This document shows positions 41,632-48,900 of a DNA stretch of 64,000 nucleotides, piece by piece (within the stretch, counting starts at the first letter, position 1; the number at the start of each line of letters is the position of its first letter). The DNA is from a virus: the IMG/VR virus record IMGVR_UViG_3300014202_001521, positions 66,931 through 130,930 of that record. One strand, written 5' to 3'. The translations under genes and the position numbers were made by a program. The notes under the pieces were generated by a model, which saw only the letters and a program-made list of their open reading frames with translations, had not been told where the DNA came from and did not search any database.

Positions 41632-41715
41632 CGGTAGGTGCGAGAGTTGAACTCACAAAACCTTTCGGTTTGTCCCGCTTCAAACGGGGTGGGCCTGCCA
41701 ATGCCCAAACCTACC
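41632..41715 (-). tRNA. tRNA-Ser(UGA)
   Basis: GGTAGGT/ACCTACC, loop TT-TGA-AG, long V arm with GAAA, G73. Confidence 0.88.
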
Positions 41716-41718
41716 AAG

Positions 41719-41805
41719 CGGAAGGTGTCGGAGTCGAACCGACAAGCCCCTTTCGGGACTACTCGTTTTCGAAACGAGCCGACTTGCCAATGTGCAAAAC
41801 CTTCC
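41719..41805 (-). tRNA. tRNA-Ser(CGA)
   Basis: GGAAGGT/ACCTTCC, CTCGT-TT-CGA-AA-ACGAG, G73. Confidence 0.9.
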
Positions 41806-41808
41806 AAG

Positions 41809-41889
41809 TAGTCTAGGTGGGAGTCGAACCCACAATCCCGAAGGAACGAATTTTTAAGACTCGCGCGTATACCGTTTCGCCACAAGACC
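41809..41889 (-). tRNA. tRNA-Leu(UAA), long V arm
   Basis: GGTCTTG/CTAGACT (one T.T), CGAGT-CT-TAA-AA-ATTCG, A73. Confidence 0.88.
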
Positions 41890-41895
41890 ATGAAG

Positions 41896-41982
41896 CGGAA
41901 AGTGTGGGAGTCGAACCCACAAGCCCCTTTCGGGACTACTTAGTTTCCAACCAAGCTGACTTGCCAATGTGCAAAACTTTCC
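41896..41982 (-). tRNA. tRNA-Ser(GGA)
   Basis: GGAAAGT/ACTTTCC, CTTGG-TT-GGA-AA-CTAAG, G73. Confidence 0.9.
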
Positions 41983-42144
41983 GTTACTTATCCTTACAAA
42001 AATACCATATTACAAATCCTATAGCAACAAAAACTAATGTAAAAGCCGCTGCCTGCAAAAACATTTCTGGTGTAATCGGCGGATTATCATAATGGTTCTT
42101 ACCAGGCCCGCTTAATGCCTGATTTATAATTACAGTATCCATAG

Positions 42145-42219
42145 TAGCCACCGTGGGATTCGAACCCACACTGTTACCCTTTTGAGAGGTACGACTCCTA
42201 CCAGTTGGTCTAGGTGGCC
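42145..42219 (-). tRNA. tRNA-Leu(CAA) with short variable loop
   Basis: GGCCACC/GGTGGCT, TACCT-CT-CAA-AA-GGGTA, V=ACAGT, A73. Confidence 0.9.
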
Positions 42220-42224
42220 ATATA

Positions 42225-42308
42225 AGCGACTGAATAAAGCTGAAAGTCACCCTTATTCACTTAAATTGAGGGCACTCCGAATTTACGCAGACTACATCAA
42301 TCATCGCT
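42225..42308 (-). ncRNA. Candidate structured spacer RNA (possible pseudoknot)
   Basis: Ends pair (AGCGAT/GTCGCT); hairpin GCCCT/AGGGT whose loop TGAATA is complementary to downstream TATTCA. Confidence 0.4.
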
Positions 42309-42310
42309 AG

Positions 42311-42390
42311 TGTAGCGTGCAGGAGTCGAACCTGCAAGGCTTTCGCGTCAAGGTTACAGCTTGGTGGGCCTGCCAATGCCCAAACGCTAC
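42311..42390 (-). tRNA. tRNA-Tyr(GUA)
   Basis: GTAGCGT/ACGCTAC, loop CT-GTA-AC, V arm with GAAA, A73. Confidence 0.9.
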
Positions 42391-42397
42391 ATAAGAG

Positions 42398-42480
42398 TGG
42401 GTGTATGAGGATTCGAACCCCTTAGCACTTAGTACAATCGGGTTACAGCCGATTTCGCTTCCCACAGACGTAGTACACCC
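42398..42480 (-). tRNA. tRNA-Tyr(GUA), atypical D and T arms
   Basis: GGGTGTA/TACACCC, ATCGG-CT-GTA-AC-CCGAT, weak D stem, A.A at T-stem base. Confidence 0.75.
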
Positions 42481-42481
42481 A

Positions 42482-42657
42482 ATTTGGTAGCAGGCTTAAA
42501 GTGCTACTCGGACTATGACCTTGTTTTTCAGACGGAATTTCACCGCCAGGCCAGCCGTCCGCACCCTATTGCTTGCGTGCGAACCGCCTTACTACCAAAT
42601 AACTCGTATCCCTATTCCGTTAGACGAGTCCACTAACGGCTGAGCGGATTGCTCCAC
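42482..42657 (-). ncRNA. Candidate novel structured ncRNA (~175 nt): GNRA hairpin, H-type pseudoknot and multibranch domain
   Basis: GTGGA-GCAA-TCCGC; CCGTTAG/CTAACGG with loop GACTCGT pairing ACGAGTT; 14-bp closing helix ATTTGGTAG..AGGC/GCCT..CTACCAAAT enclosing GTTCGCAC/GTGCGGAC and a GG-TGAAA-TT-CC T-loop. Confidence 0.65.
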
Positions 42658-42667
42658 TTGGGTTTAG

Positions 42668-42756
42668 CGGAAGGTGAGGGAGTCGAACCCTCAGCACCCG
42701 TGAGGGTGCGCTAGCTTAGCAGGCTAGTGTGACGAACCGATAGTCACCTACCTTCC
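42668..42756 (-). tRNA. tRNA-Ser(GCU), first gene of the array
   Basis: GGAAGGT/ACCTTCC, CTAGC-CT-GCT-AA-GCTAG, long V arm, G73. Confidence 0.95.
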
Positions 42757-42769
42757 AAGGCAAACCGAA

Positions 42770-42782
42770 TTTTCAAAGAACA
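42770..42782 (-). promoter_or_regulatory. rrn-type boxA antitermination site
   Basis: TGTTCTTTGAAAA, 13 nt before the first tRNA and just after the attenuator terminator. Confidence 0.65.
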
Positions 42783-42814
42783 GAAAACTTTGGTACAATT
42801 GCAATTGCGGGTAT

Positions 42815-42860
42815 AAAAAAAAAGAAACCCGCCGTGACCTTTCAGCCACGGCGGGTTTCT
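42815..42860 (-). terminator. Attenuator intrinsic terminator of the tRNA array
   Basis: AGAAACCCGCCGTG-GCT-GAAA-GGT-CACGGCGGGTTTCT followed by a further T8; perfect 14-bp stem. Confidence 0.92.
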
Positions 42861-42879
42861 ACCCCTGTTTCCGCTAAGC

Positions 42880-42963
42880 CTATTCGGTCCATCTTCCTGC
42901 GCTCGACAACGAGAGCGATAATGAATAATAACTGGACAGTAGGTTAACGGAGAAAGTATGCAC
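42880..42963 (-). CDS. Attenuator leader peptide MHTFSVNLLSSYYSLSLSLSSAGRWTE
   Basis: SD AAGGA, GTG start; codons 8-21 CTA CTG TCC AGT TAT TAT TCA TTA TCG CTC TCG TTG TCG AGC; TAG 19 nt before the terminator stem; below ORF-track cutoff. Confidence 0.88.
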   Translation of the reverse strand: MHTFSVNLLSSYYSLSLSLSSAGRWTE

Positions 42964-43071
42964 CTTAAAGTTTCCTTTTAGTTAATATATGCAGCAAGCC
43001 GCAAATATTTTCGTGAAAATCATCAACTTCCCTTATCTTACGCCGAAAATTCGGTTTGTCAAGAAGATTTT

Positions 43072-43485
43072 TTATCGCCAGTAGCCCCAACGATTCCATC
43101 TGCCGTAGTTGTATGGGTTCCCATAGTATGGGTACGGGTACTGATACACTGGTGGTTGCACCGCTGGCAACGGCACTAATTGGCCATTACCATTGTAGGC
43201 GTAACCATTTGGGACAACACGACCATACCCATCAATATAGTAGTTTGCTGGAGCCGCCTGCACTGGTGCTGGATAGTACCAGTTGCCCCATCCATATGTA
43301 GGATGCTGCCAGTAGTGCCTTCCTGGTAGTGGACGAACGTTCGGTAGCGGTACGCCAACCCTTGGCACAACCTTCACATCTACGACACTCCTCTTCTGCT
43401 GAGGTTCACTCTTTTTTTCGTCCGCGACGGCCATGCTACCGCAAACAAGCAAACACGCAAACGCACTTACAATCATTTTCATCAT
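43072..43485 (-). CDS. Exported Pro/Tyr/Gly-rich protein
   Basis: Signal peptide MKMIVSAFACLLVCGSMAVA, low-complexity YP/YG body. Confidence 0.65.
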   Translation of the reverse strand: MMKMIVSAFACLLVCGSMAVADEKKSEPQQKRSVVDVKVVPRVGVPLPNVRPLPGRHYWQHPTYGWGNWYYPAPVQAAPANYYIDGYGRVVPNGYAYNGNGQLVPLPAVQPPVYQYPYPYYGNPYNYGRWNRWGYWR

Positions 43486-44321
43486 TTTATTGCCCCTTTT
43501 AACTCATCAAATACGTTATTTCCCTTTATATCCTTCATGTGTTCATCCTCTAATCCATACCACAGACCATTGTAATTTTCTTCACTTACTGGTAGCGGCA
43601 ACTCTTTACCTGTGATTTCTGAAAACTCAGAAGCATTAATTAAGTAGACCTTCATTGTTTTTGTTGGAGTTTCTTTCCATTCTTCAATTCCATATGGATC
43701 ATCGTATATCTTTTGAATGATCTTGCCACCCTTCCCTAGACCCATTTCATTCGTCAAACTAGCACAACCTGATGCGCATTGAACCAGTGAACAACACTCT
43801 AAACCCCCACCGAAAGCCAATACGTTTCTACCAACAAATTGATTTTTGAACTTTTCTGGATTCTTAGGCTCGTAAACTGAAAATACTATCGCATGATCCT
43901 TTGTTTTGGCTAACTGCTCACCTATTGTTTTGTTTTCCCCAGCTTCTGTGGCTATAAATTGATAAACACTTCCGTCTTCAGTTTTCCAACCGTCTAGCCA
44001 AGGCTGCGGTGGTGTCACTAAATAGTTATCCTTCTCTAGTTTCTCACCAAATGGCTTGCCGTCTAAAGCATTGACACTGCCAGCCCCGATCATAACCGCA
44101 ACTGGTGTAACTGTTTGGAAACTAATCCACATAGCTTCCTTTGAGTGCATGGCAATAAAGTATGCATCTTTATCCCAAGATTCAGGACACATATAATCTG
44201 ACACCTTAAAAAGCTCAAAATTTCCTAAACTTGGTGGCAAATTAGCGGGTTCTTCGTTGTCAGCAACCCTTACTGTTTTGTGGAAACTAAAAGATAATGG
44301 GCCTAATTCTATATTGTACAT
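43482..44321 (-). CDS. Conserved hypothetical protein
   Basis: SFHKTVRV...LPPSLG.F...V.DY..P..W...MHSKEAMWISF...QPWLDG pattern of an uncharacterised family. Confidence 0.6.
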   Translation of the reverse strand: MYNIELGPLSFSFHKTVRVADNEEPANLPPSLGNFELFKVSDYMCPESWDKDAYFIAMHSKEAMWISFQTVTPVAVMIGAGSVNALDGKPFGEKLEKDNYLVTPPQPWLDGWKTEDGSVYQFIATEAGENKTIGEQLAKTKDHAIVFSVYEPKNPEKFKNQFVGRNVLAFGGGLECCSLVQCASGCASLTNEMGLGKGGKIIQKIYDDPYGIEEWKETPTKTMKVYLINASEFSEITGKELPLPVSEENYNGLWYGLEDEHMKDIKGNNVFDELKGAIK

Positions 44322-44349
44322 TTTAACCTCTTTCGACTATATAACTTAA

Positions 44350-44685
44350 ATGAGAACGTTTCGCAAGTTTTTAAATGAAGTTTCACTATTAAATGAGCAA
44401 CCGCCAGGTGGCCCTCCTCCAATGGGTGGTCCACCTCCTGGTGGTTTAGGCGCTCCCGCTGGTTTACCCCCAGGTGGTCCACCATTAGGTGGTCCTCCAG
44501 GCGGTGGTTTACCTCCACCGATGCCAGGCGGCGGCGGTGCCCCGCCTATGGGCGGTCCTCCAATGGGTGGTCCACCTCCTGGTGGTCCAGGTGGCGCTCC
44601 AGGCGGTGGTATTATGAAACTGCCTGAACTTAATGTCTGGAAGATATTGGAAAAATTACTTTCAGGTGAAACTAAAAAACAGTAA
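44350..44685 (+). CDS. Pro/Gly-rich low-complexity protein with capsid-targeting-like N-terminus
   Basis: MRTFRKFLNE, repeated PP(P/M)GG units, short folded C-terminus. Confidence 0.7.
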   Translation: MRTFRKFLNEVSLLNEQPPGGPPPMGGPPPGGLGAPAGLPPGGPPLGGPPGGGLPPPMPGGGGAPPMGGPPMGGPPPGGPGGAPGGGIMKLPELNVWKILEKLLSGETKKQ

Positions 44686-44720
44686 TTGTGCTTTCGGAAG
44701 AATGTTGCTATAATCCTTTG

Positions 44721-45788
44721 ATGAGTAACATTCTTCTTTTTTCTGATGTGCATATTCATGCGCACAAAAAATCGTTCGACCGCCTGAAGGACTGTTTGAC
44801 TACGCTGGATTGGGTTTTTGAAACAGCCAAACAACATAAAATCAAAGACATTGTATTCGCTGGTGATCTTTTCCAAGATAGGCAAAGGATCGACGTAGCG
44901 ACATACAGCATGACTTTTGATGTTCTTTTCAAGCATTGTGACGGCAGTATCAATCTATGGTTGTTACTAGGCAACCACGACATGTGGTATCACGACAAAT
45001 GGGATATCAGTAGTGTCCTTCCATTCTCTGCATTGCCTAATGTAACAGTAATTAACAAAGCTTGCACATTAGAAATCCTTGGTAAAGAAATTGATTTCTT
45101 ACCCTATGTCCGTGACCCCATCGAACATCTTAAAGAACTAGAGAATATCGCTAAACAACGCAAGGGCTTAAAAACCTTAGTTGGGCATTTGGCGGTTCAT
45201 GGAGCAGAGTTGAATACTCTGTATCATACTCTTGCTGACGTTGTTTTAGAGCATGATGGTGACATGGTATGCGTAGGACCAGAGTTGTTCAAAGCATGGG
45301 ACAAGGTGTTTTTAGGACACTATCACGGCGCTCAACAAATTGAAAATCTTGAATATATTGGTTCGCCACTCCAATTAACTTTCGGAGAAGCATTTCAGGA
45401 AAAACATATAATTGTTTATGACCTGAAAACTGGCAAACAAGAATATATCACCAATGATTTCAGTCCTAAACATTTGATATTATCTGAAAGTGATGTTCAT
45501 AACCATGATGTTGAAAATAACTTTGTGAGGTTGAACGTTGAGAATCGTAAATCTATTGACATTCTTGACTTGAAGAAAGAAGTGCAGGGCAGAAAGCCAA
45601 GCACTTTAGAAGTGGTACAAAAGCCGAAGAAAGAACAGAAACAAGTTGTAGAAGATGCTAAGTCCATCTTGAATAAGGAAGACGAGATGCTCGAAACTTA
45701 TGTCAAAGAAGTGGACACAGGCGATTTGGAAAAACCGTATCTGGTTGATATCGGCAAGTACATTTGTACTCAATCGACAGTTGCATAA
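44721..45788 (+). CDS. SbcD/Mre11/gp47-type nuclease
   Basis: FSDVH, AGDLF, GNHD, GHL, GHYH, YIGSP. Confidence 0.92.
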   Translation: MSNILLFSDVHIHAHKKSFDRLKDCLTTLDWVFETAKQHKIKDIVFAGDLFQDRQRIDVATYSMTFDVLFKHCDGSINLWLLLGNHDMWYHDKWDISSVLPFSALPNVTVINKACTLEILGKEIDFLPYVRDPIEHLKELENIAKQRKGLKTLVGHLAVHGAELNTLYHTLADVVLEHDGDMVCVGPELFKAWDKVFLGHYHGAQQIENLEYIGSPLQLTFGEAFQEKHIIVYDLKTGKQEYITNDFSPKHLILSESDVHNHDVENNFVRLNVENRKSIDILDLKKEVQGRKPSTLEVVQKPKKEQKQVVEDAKSILNKEDEMLETYVKEVDTGDLEKPYLVDIGKYICTQSTVA

Positions 45789-45801
45789 AGAAGTTTAATA
45801 T

Positions 45802-47829
45802 ATGAGAAATTTACAATTTAAATACGCTAGGGCAGAAAACTTCCTTTGTTTTGGTGAAGAAGGAATTGAGATTAATTTTGAGCAATACGGCAACATAGTA
45901 TGCATTAAAGGCAAGAACCTGGACGTTAACAACGAAGATGGTTCTATTGCCAGTAATGGTAGCGGCAAAAGCAGTATACCAGAAATCATTGTGTATGCGC
46001 TGTATGGTAAGACTATCAAGAAGCCGAAGAAATTATCTCATTCCAACATCATCAACAACAAGGCTGGTAGCTCATTGATGGTGGAACTAAGATGGGACGA
46101 TTATCGTCTAGTGCGGACAAGAAGTGCTGACAATAAAGGCACTCTTAGGTTGTGGCGAAGTGATAAGGGTGAATGGAACAAAAAAAGTGAAATCACAGCT
46201 AGTGGATTACCAGCAACCCAAAAAGAGATTGAGAAGATCGTCGGACTGACCTACGAATCCTTCATCAACATATTCATCTTTAGCGATGATAACACACTGC
46301 CATTCTTAGAGTGTGACGGCCCTACCAAGCGAGAGATAGTTGAAAATCTATTATCTCTTGAGAAATATCGTAACTATTCTCAAAGCGCTAAGGATTTACT
46401 CAAGACCTTGAAAGACAAGATCAAGGATTTAACTAAGGACTATGAATCCCTTAACTCCCAAAAGGATGCGGCTACTGTAAGGGTTACACAGATAGAAAGA
46501 CAGGAGAAGGATTGGCACGATGCGCGAAAGAAAGAGCTTGATAGCCTATTGAATGAAATTAAGAAGAAAAGAGATGAATTAGAAAAGTCAAAGACTGGTG
46601 AGGCTCTGGCTCTTTATCAAGAAGCTCAAGATCAAATTGCCGAATTGAAGAAGACAATTCCTGATTTAGAAGCAAAGAAAGATAGAATTAATGATCTTGT
46701 TGTTGAGACTACTCCAAAACTAAGCACACTTGATGAGAAAATAAGTTCACTTGAATTGCATCTTAAAGAGATAAAGCCAGAATATCAAGAACTTGATAAA
46801 GTTGTAGCTGACAATAAGAAGATAATAGAAGATGCGAAGAAGAAAAGCGGCAAGGCTTGCCCATATTGTTTGAGCGTTGTCGATGAGTCTAGGTTCGCTG
46901 ATATTATTGCTAATGCGCAAGCTGTTTTGGATGACGCTACTCCTTTGTTTGAAGAAGCTGAGAAACAATATAATGCAACTAAGGCAAACTGCGAACACTT
47001 CATTGACTTAAAGAAGAGAATAGAGAAGGGACTTGCTGATGCCAGGAATAAGTTGAGCAAGATAAACTCCGAAATCAGTGCGGTTCATTGTGAGATTACA
47101 GACCTGAACAAGCGAGAGAAACCTGATGCAGCGGTTACTGAGTTGTTGGCTTGTGAACAGCTTGAGTCTTTGAAAAAGCAGTCTATTGAAAAACAAGAAC
47201 AGTTAGATGGGGATACGCCTTTCATTGACATTAAGCAGATTGCATTTACTGACTTAGCCCAAAAAGTAAAAGAATGTGATGATAAGAGGGAAGAAATTAA
47301 AAAGGTCGAGAAAGATGTGCCTTATTACGAATTTTGGGTAAAAGCGTTTGGTGATACTGGTATTAGAAAGTATATCATTGATGGAATCATTCCCACCCTG
47401 AATGATCGAATTGAATATTGGTTGCAGTTCTTAATTGATAATAAGATCAAGCTCACGTTCAATAATGAATTGGATGAGACGATTGACCGTTATCCTTTCA
47501 ACGGCAGACCTTACGTTTACCACGGTATGTCGGGTGGACAACGGCGAAGGTTGAATTTGACGGTGGCTGCGGCGTGGGCATTTATCTCTGCTCTCAATTC
47601 TGGCGCATCTCCATCGACTATTTTCCTTGATGAAGTTACTATGAACATGGATATCATTGGCATCCAAGGTATCTTCAGGATGATTTGCGAGTTGGCAAAA
47701 GAGAAACAAGTGTTTGTTATTGACCATAACGAGAATTTGTTACAGATGCTGGACGGCTGTGATACAGTTTATTTGGAAATGCAGGACGAAATTAGTCAAA
47801 AAGTTGTTGAAACTTCTGATGGCAATTGA
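45802..47829 (+). CDS. SbcC/Rad50/gp46-type ATPase
   Basis: NGSGKSS, coiled coil with CPYC hook, MSGGQ signature, FLDEV. Confidence 0.93.
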   Translation: MRNLQFKYARAENFLCFGEEGIEINFEQYGNIVCIKGKNLDVNNEDGSIASNGSGKSSIPEIIVYALYGKTIKKPKKLSHSNIINNKAGSSLMVELRWDDYRLVRTRSADNKGTLRLWRSDKGEWNKKSEITASGLPATQKEIEKIVGLTYESFINIFIFSDDNTLPFLECDGPTKREIVENLLSLEKYRNYSQSAKDLLKTLKDKIKDLTKDYESLNSQKDAATVRVTQIERQEKDWHDARKKELDSLLNEIKKKRDELEKSKTGEALALYQEAQDQIAELKKTIPDLEAKKDRINDLVVETTPKLSTLDEKISSLELHLKEIKPEYQELDKVVADNKKIIEDAKKKSGKACPYCLSVVDESRFADIIANAQAVLDDATPLFEEAEKQYNATKANCEHFIDLKKRIEKGLADARNKLSKINSEISAVHCEITDLNKREKPDAAVTELLACEQLESLKKQSIEKQEQLDGDTPFIDIKQIAFTDLAQKVKECDDKREEIKKVEKDVPYYEFWVKAFGDTGIRKYIIDGIIPTLNDRIEYWLQFLIDNKIKLTFNNELDETIDRYPFNGRPYVYHGMSGGQRRRLNLTVAAAWAFISALNSGASPSTIFLDEVTMNMDIIGIQGIFRMICELAKEKQVFVIDHNENLLQMLDGCDTVYLEMQDEISQKVVETSDGN

Positions 47830-47913
47830 TAATATCCTCCTCCCAAATTAATAACCGAAATAATTTAGTTCCTAACACTTACATATAGTCCCTCGATAGA
47901 AATAGGAGATAAA

Positions 47914-48888
47914 ATGGGCGTCTTCGATAAGCGCGTCGTTTTTAAACCGTTTGAATATCCCGAAATTTTGAAGTATAAAGACGCGATAAATCATAGTTAT
48001 TGGCTAGTCAGCGAATGGAATTTCATTGGCGATACACAAGATTTCAATGTGAAATTAAATGATGTAGAAAAGCATGTTATTAAGAATGCTCTGCTCGCTA
48101 TTTCACAAATTGAAGTCTCTGTAAAGAAGTTTTGGACTAAATTAGGGGACAGATTCCCTAAAGCAGAATTTGAACAAGTGGGTGTGACATTTGGTGAAAG
48201 TGAAGTTAGACATTCCGACGCTTATTCCCATTTACTCCAGGTTCTAGGCTTCAATGACGATTTTGCACTGCTGTTGCAGAATCCAGTTATTCAAGGTCGT
48301 GTTGACTATTTGACAAAATACCTTAAAGGCGCATCCGATAATAGCAACGAAAACTACACTCTTACTCTCACTTTGTTTTCGTTGTTTATTGAGAATGTTA
48401 GCTTGTTTTCACAGTTTGTTATCATTAAGTCGTTTAATAAATACAAGAACATGCTGAAGGATATAGATAACGTTGTCCAGGCTACTCAGAAAGAAGAAGT
48501 TATCCACGCGATGTTCGGCATGGCATTAATCAAGATTATTAAAGAAGAACAACCAGATTGGTTTAATGAAGAGTTTTATGCCAAACTTGCCAGAGCTTGC
48601 AAGAAGGCGTATGAGGCTGAGTGTAATATCATTGATTGGATATTTGAGAAGGGCGAGTTAGAGTTCCTGACTAAAGATGTAGTGAAAGAATTTGTAAAGA
48701 ATAGATTTAACGAGAGTCTCGAATTGATCGGTGGTGGTAAAATCTTCGAAGTCGATGGCAGTAAGCTAGAACAGGTGAAATGGTTCGATGAAGAAATTTA
48801 TGCGGAAGTAAATACCGACTTCTTCCACAAGAAGCCAGTTACTTACTCCAAGAAGATGCAAGCGATTAATGCGGAAGATATATTTTAA
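47914..48888 (+). CDS. nrdB: Ribonucleotide reductase class Ia beta subunit
   Basis: PFEYP, ESEVRHSDAY, ENVSLF, EEVIH, DFFHK. Confidence 0.95.
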   Translation: MGVFDKRVVFKPFEYPEILKYKDAINHSYWLVSEWNFIGDTQDFNVKLNDVEKHVIKNALLAISQIEVSVKKFWTKLGDRFPKAEFEQVGVTFGESEVRHSDAYSHLLQVLGFNDDFALLLQNPVIQGRVDYLTKYLKGASDNSNENYTLTLTLFSLFIENVSLFSQFVIIKSFNKYKNMLKDIDNVVQATQKEEVIHAMFGMALIKIIKEEQPDWFNEEFYAKLARACKKAYEAECNIIDWIFEKGELEFLTKDVVKEFVKNRFNESLELIGGGKIFEVDGSKLEQVKWFDEEIYAEVNTDFFHKKPVTYSKKMQAINAEDIF

Positions 48889-48900
48889 GGAAATAGAACA

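Noticed and set aside
7743-42219. Stop-suppressor tRNAs or stop-codon recoding, since anticodons read TAA, TAG and TGA
   Set aside because: These anticodons decode TTA, CTA (Leu) and TCA (Ser). No CTA, TTA or TCA anticodon was found, and genes end normally at TAA, TAG and TGA.
35486-42250. Track ORFs or N-terminal extensions running through tRNA genes (35486-36262, 36263-36568, 37785-38360, 40509-40724, 41462-41701, 41613-41891, 41817-42092, 41984-42250; also 21682-22143)
   Set aside because: The extensions translate tRNA sequence (MAEWP..., GSNPT...). True starts lie downstream of the tRNAs, or the ORFs are spurious.
37680-42660. tmRNA, RNase P RNA, SRP RNA or group I/II intron in the array spacers
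   Set aside because: Diagnostic motifs are absent (G3.U70 acceptor with tag ORF, GAGGAAAGUCC, SRP GGAA loop, P7 or domain V)
44400-44620. DNA-level repeat or G-quadruplex element
   Set aside because: Fully explained by Pro/Gly codons of the 44350-44685 protein
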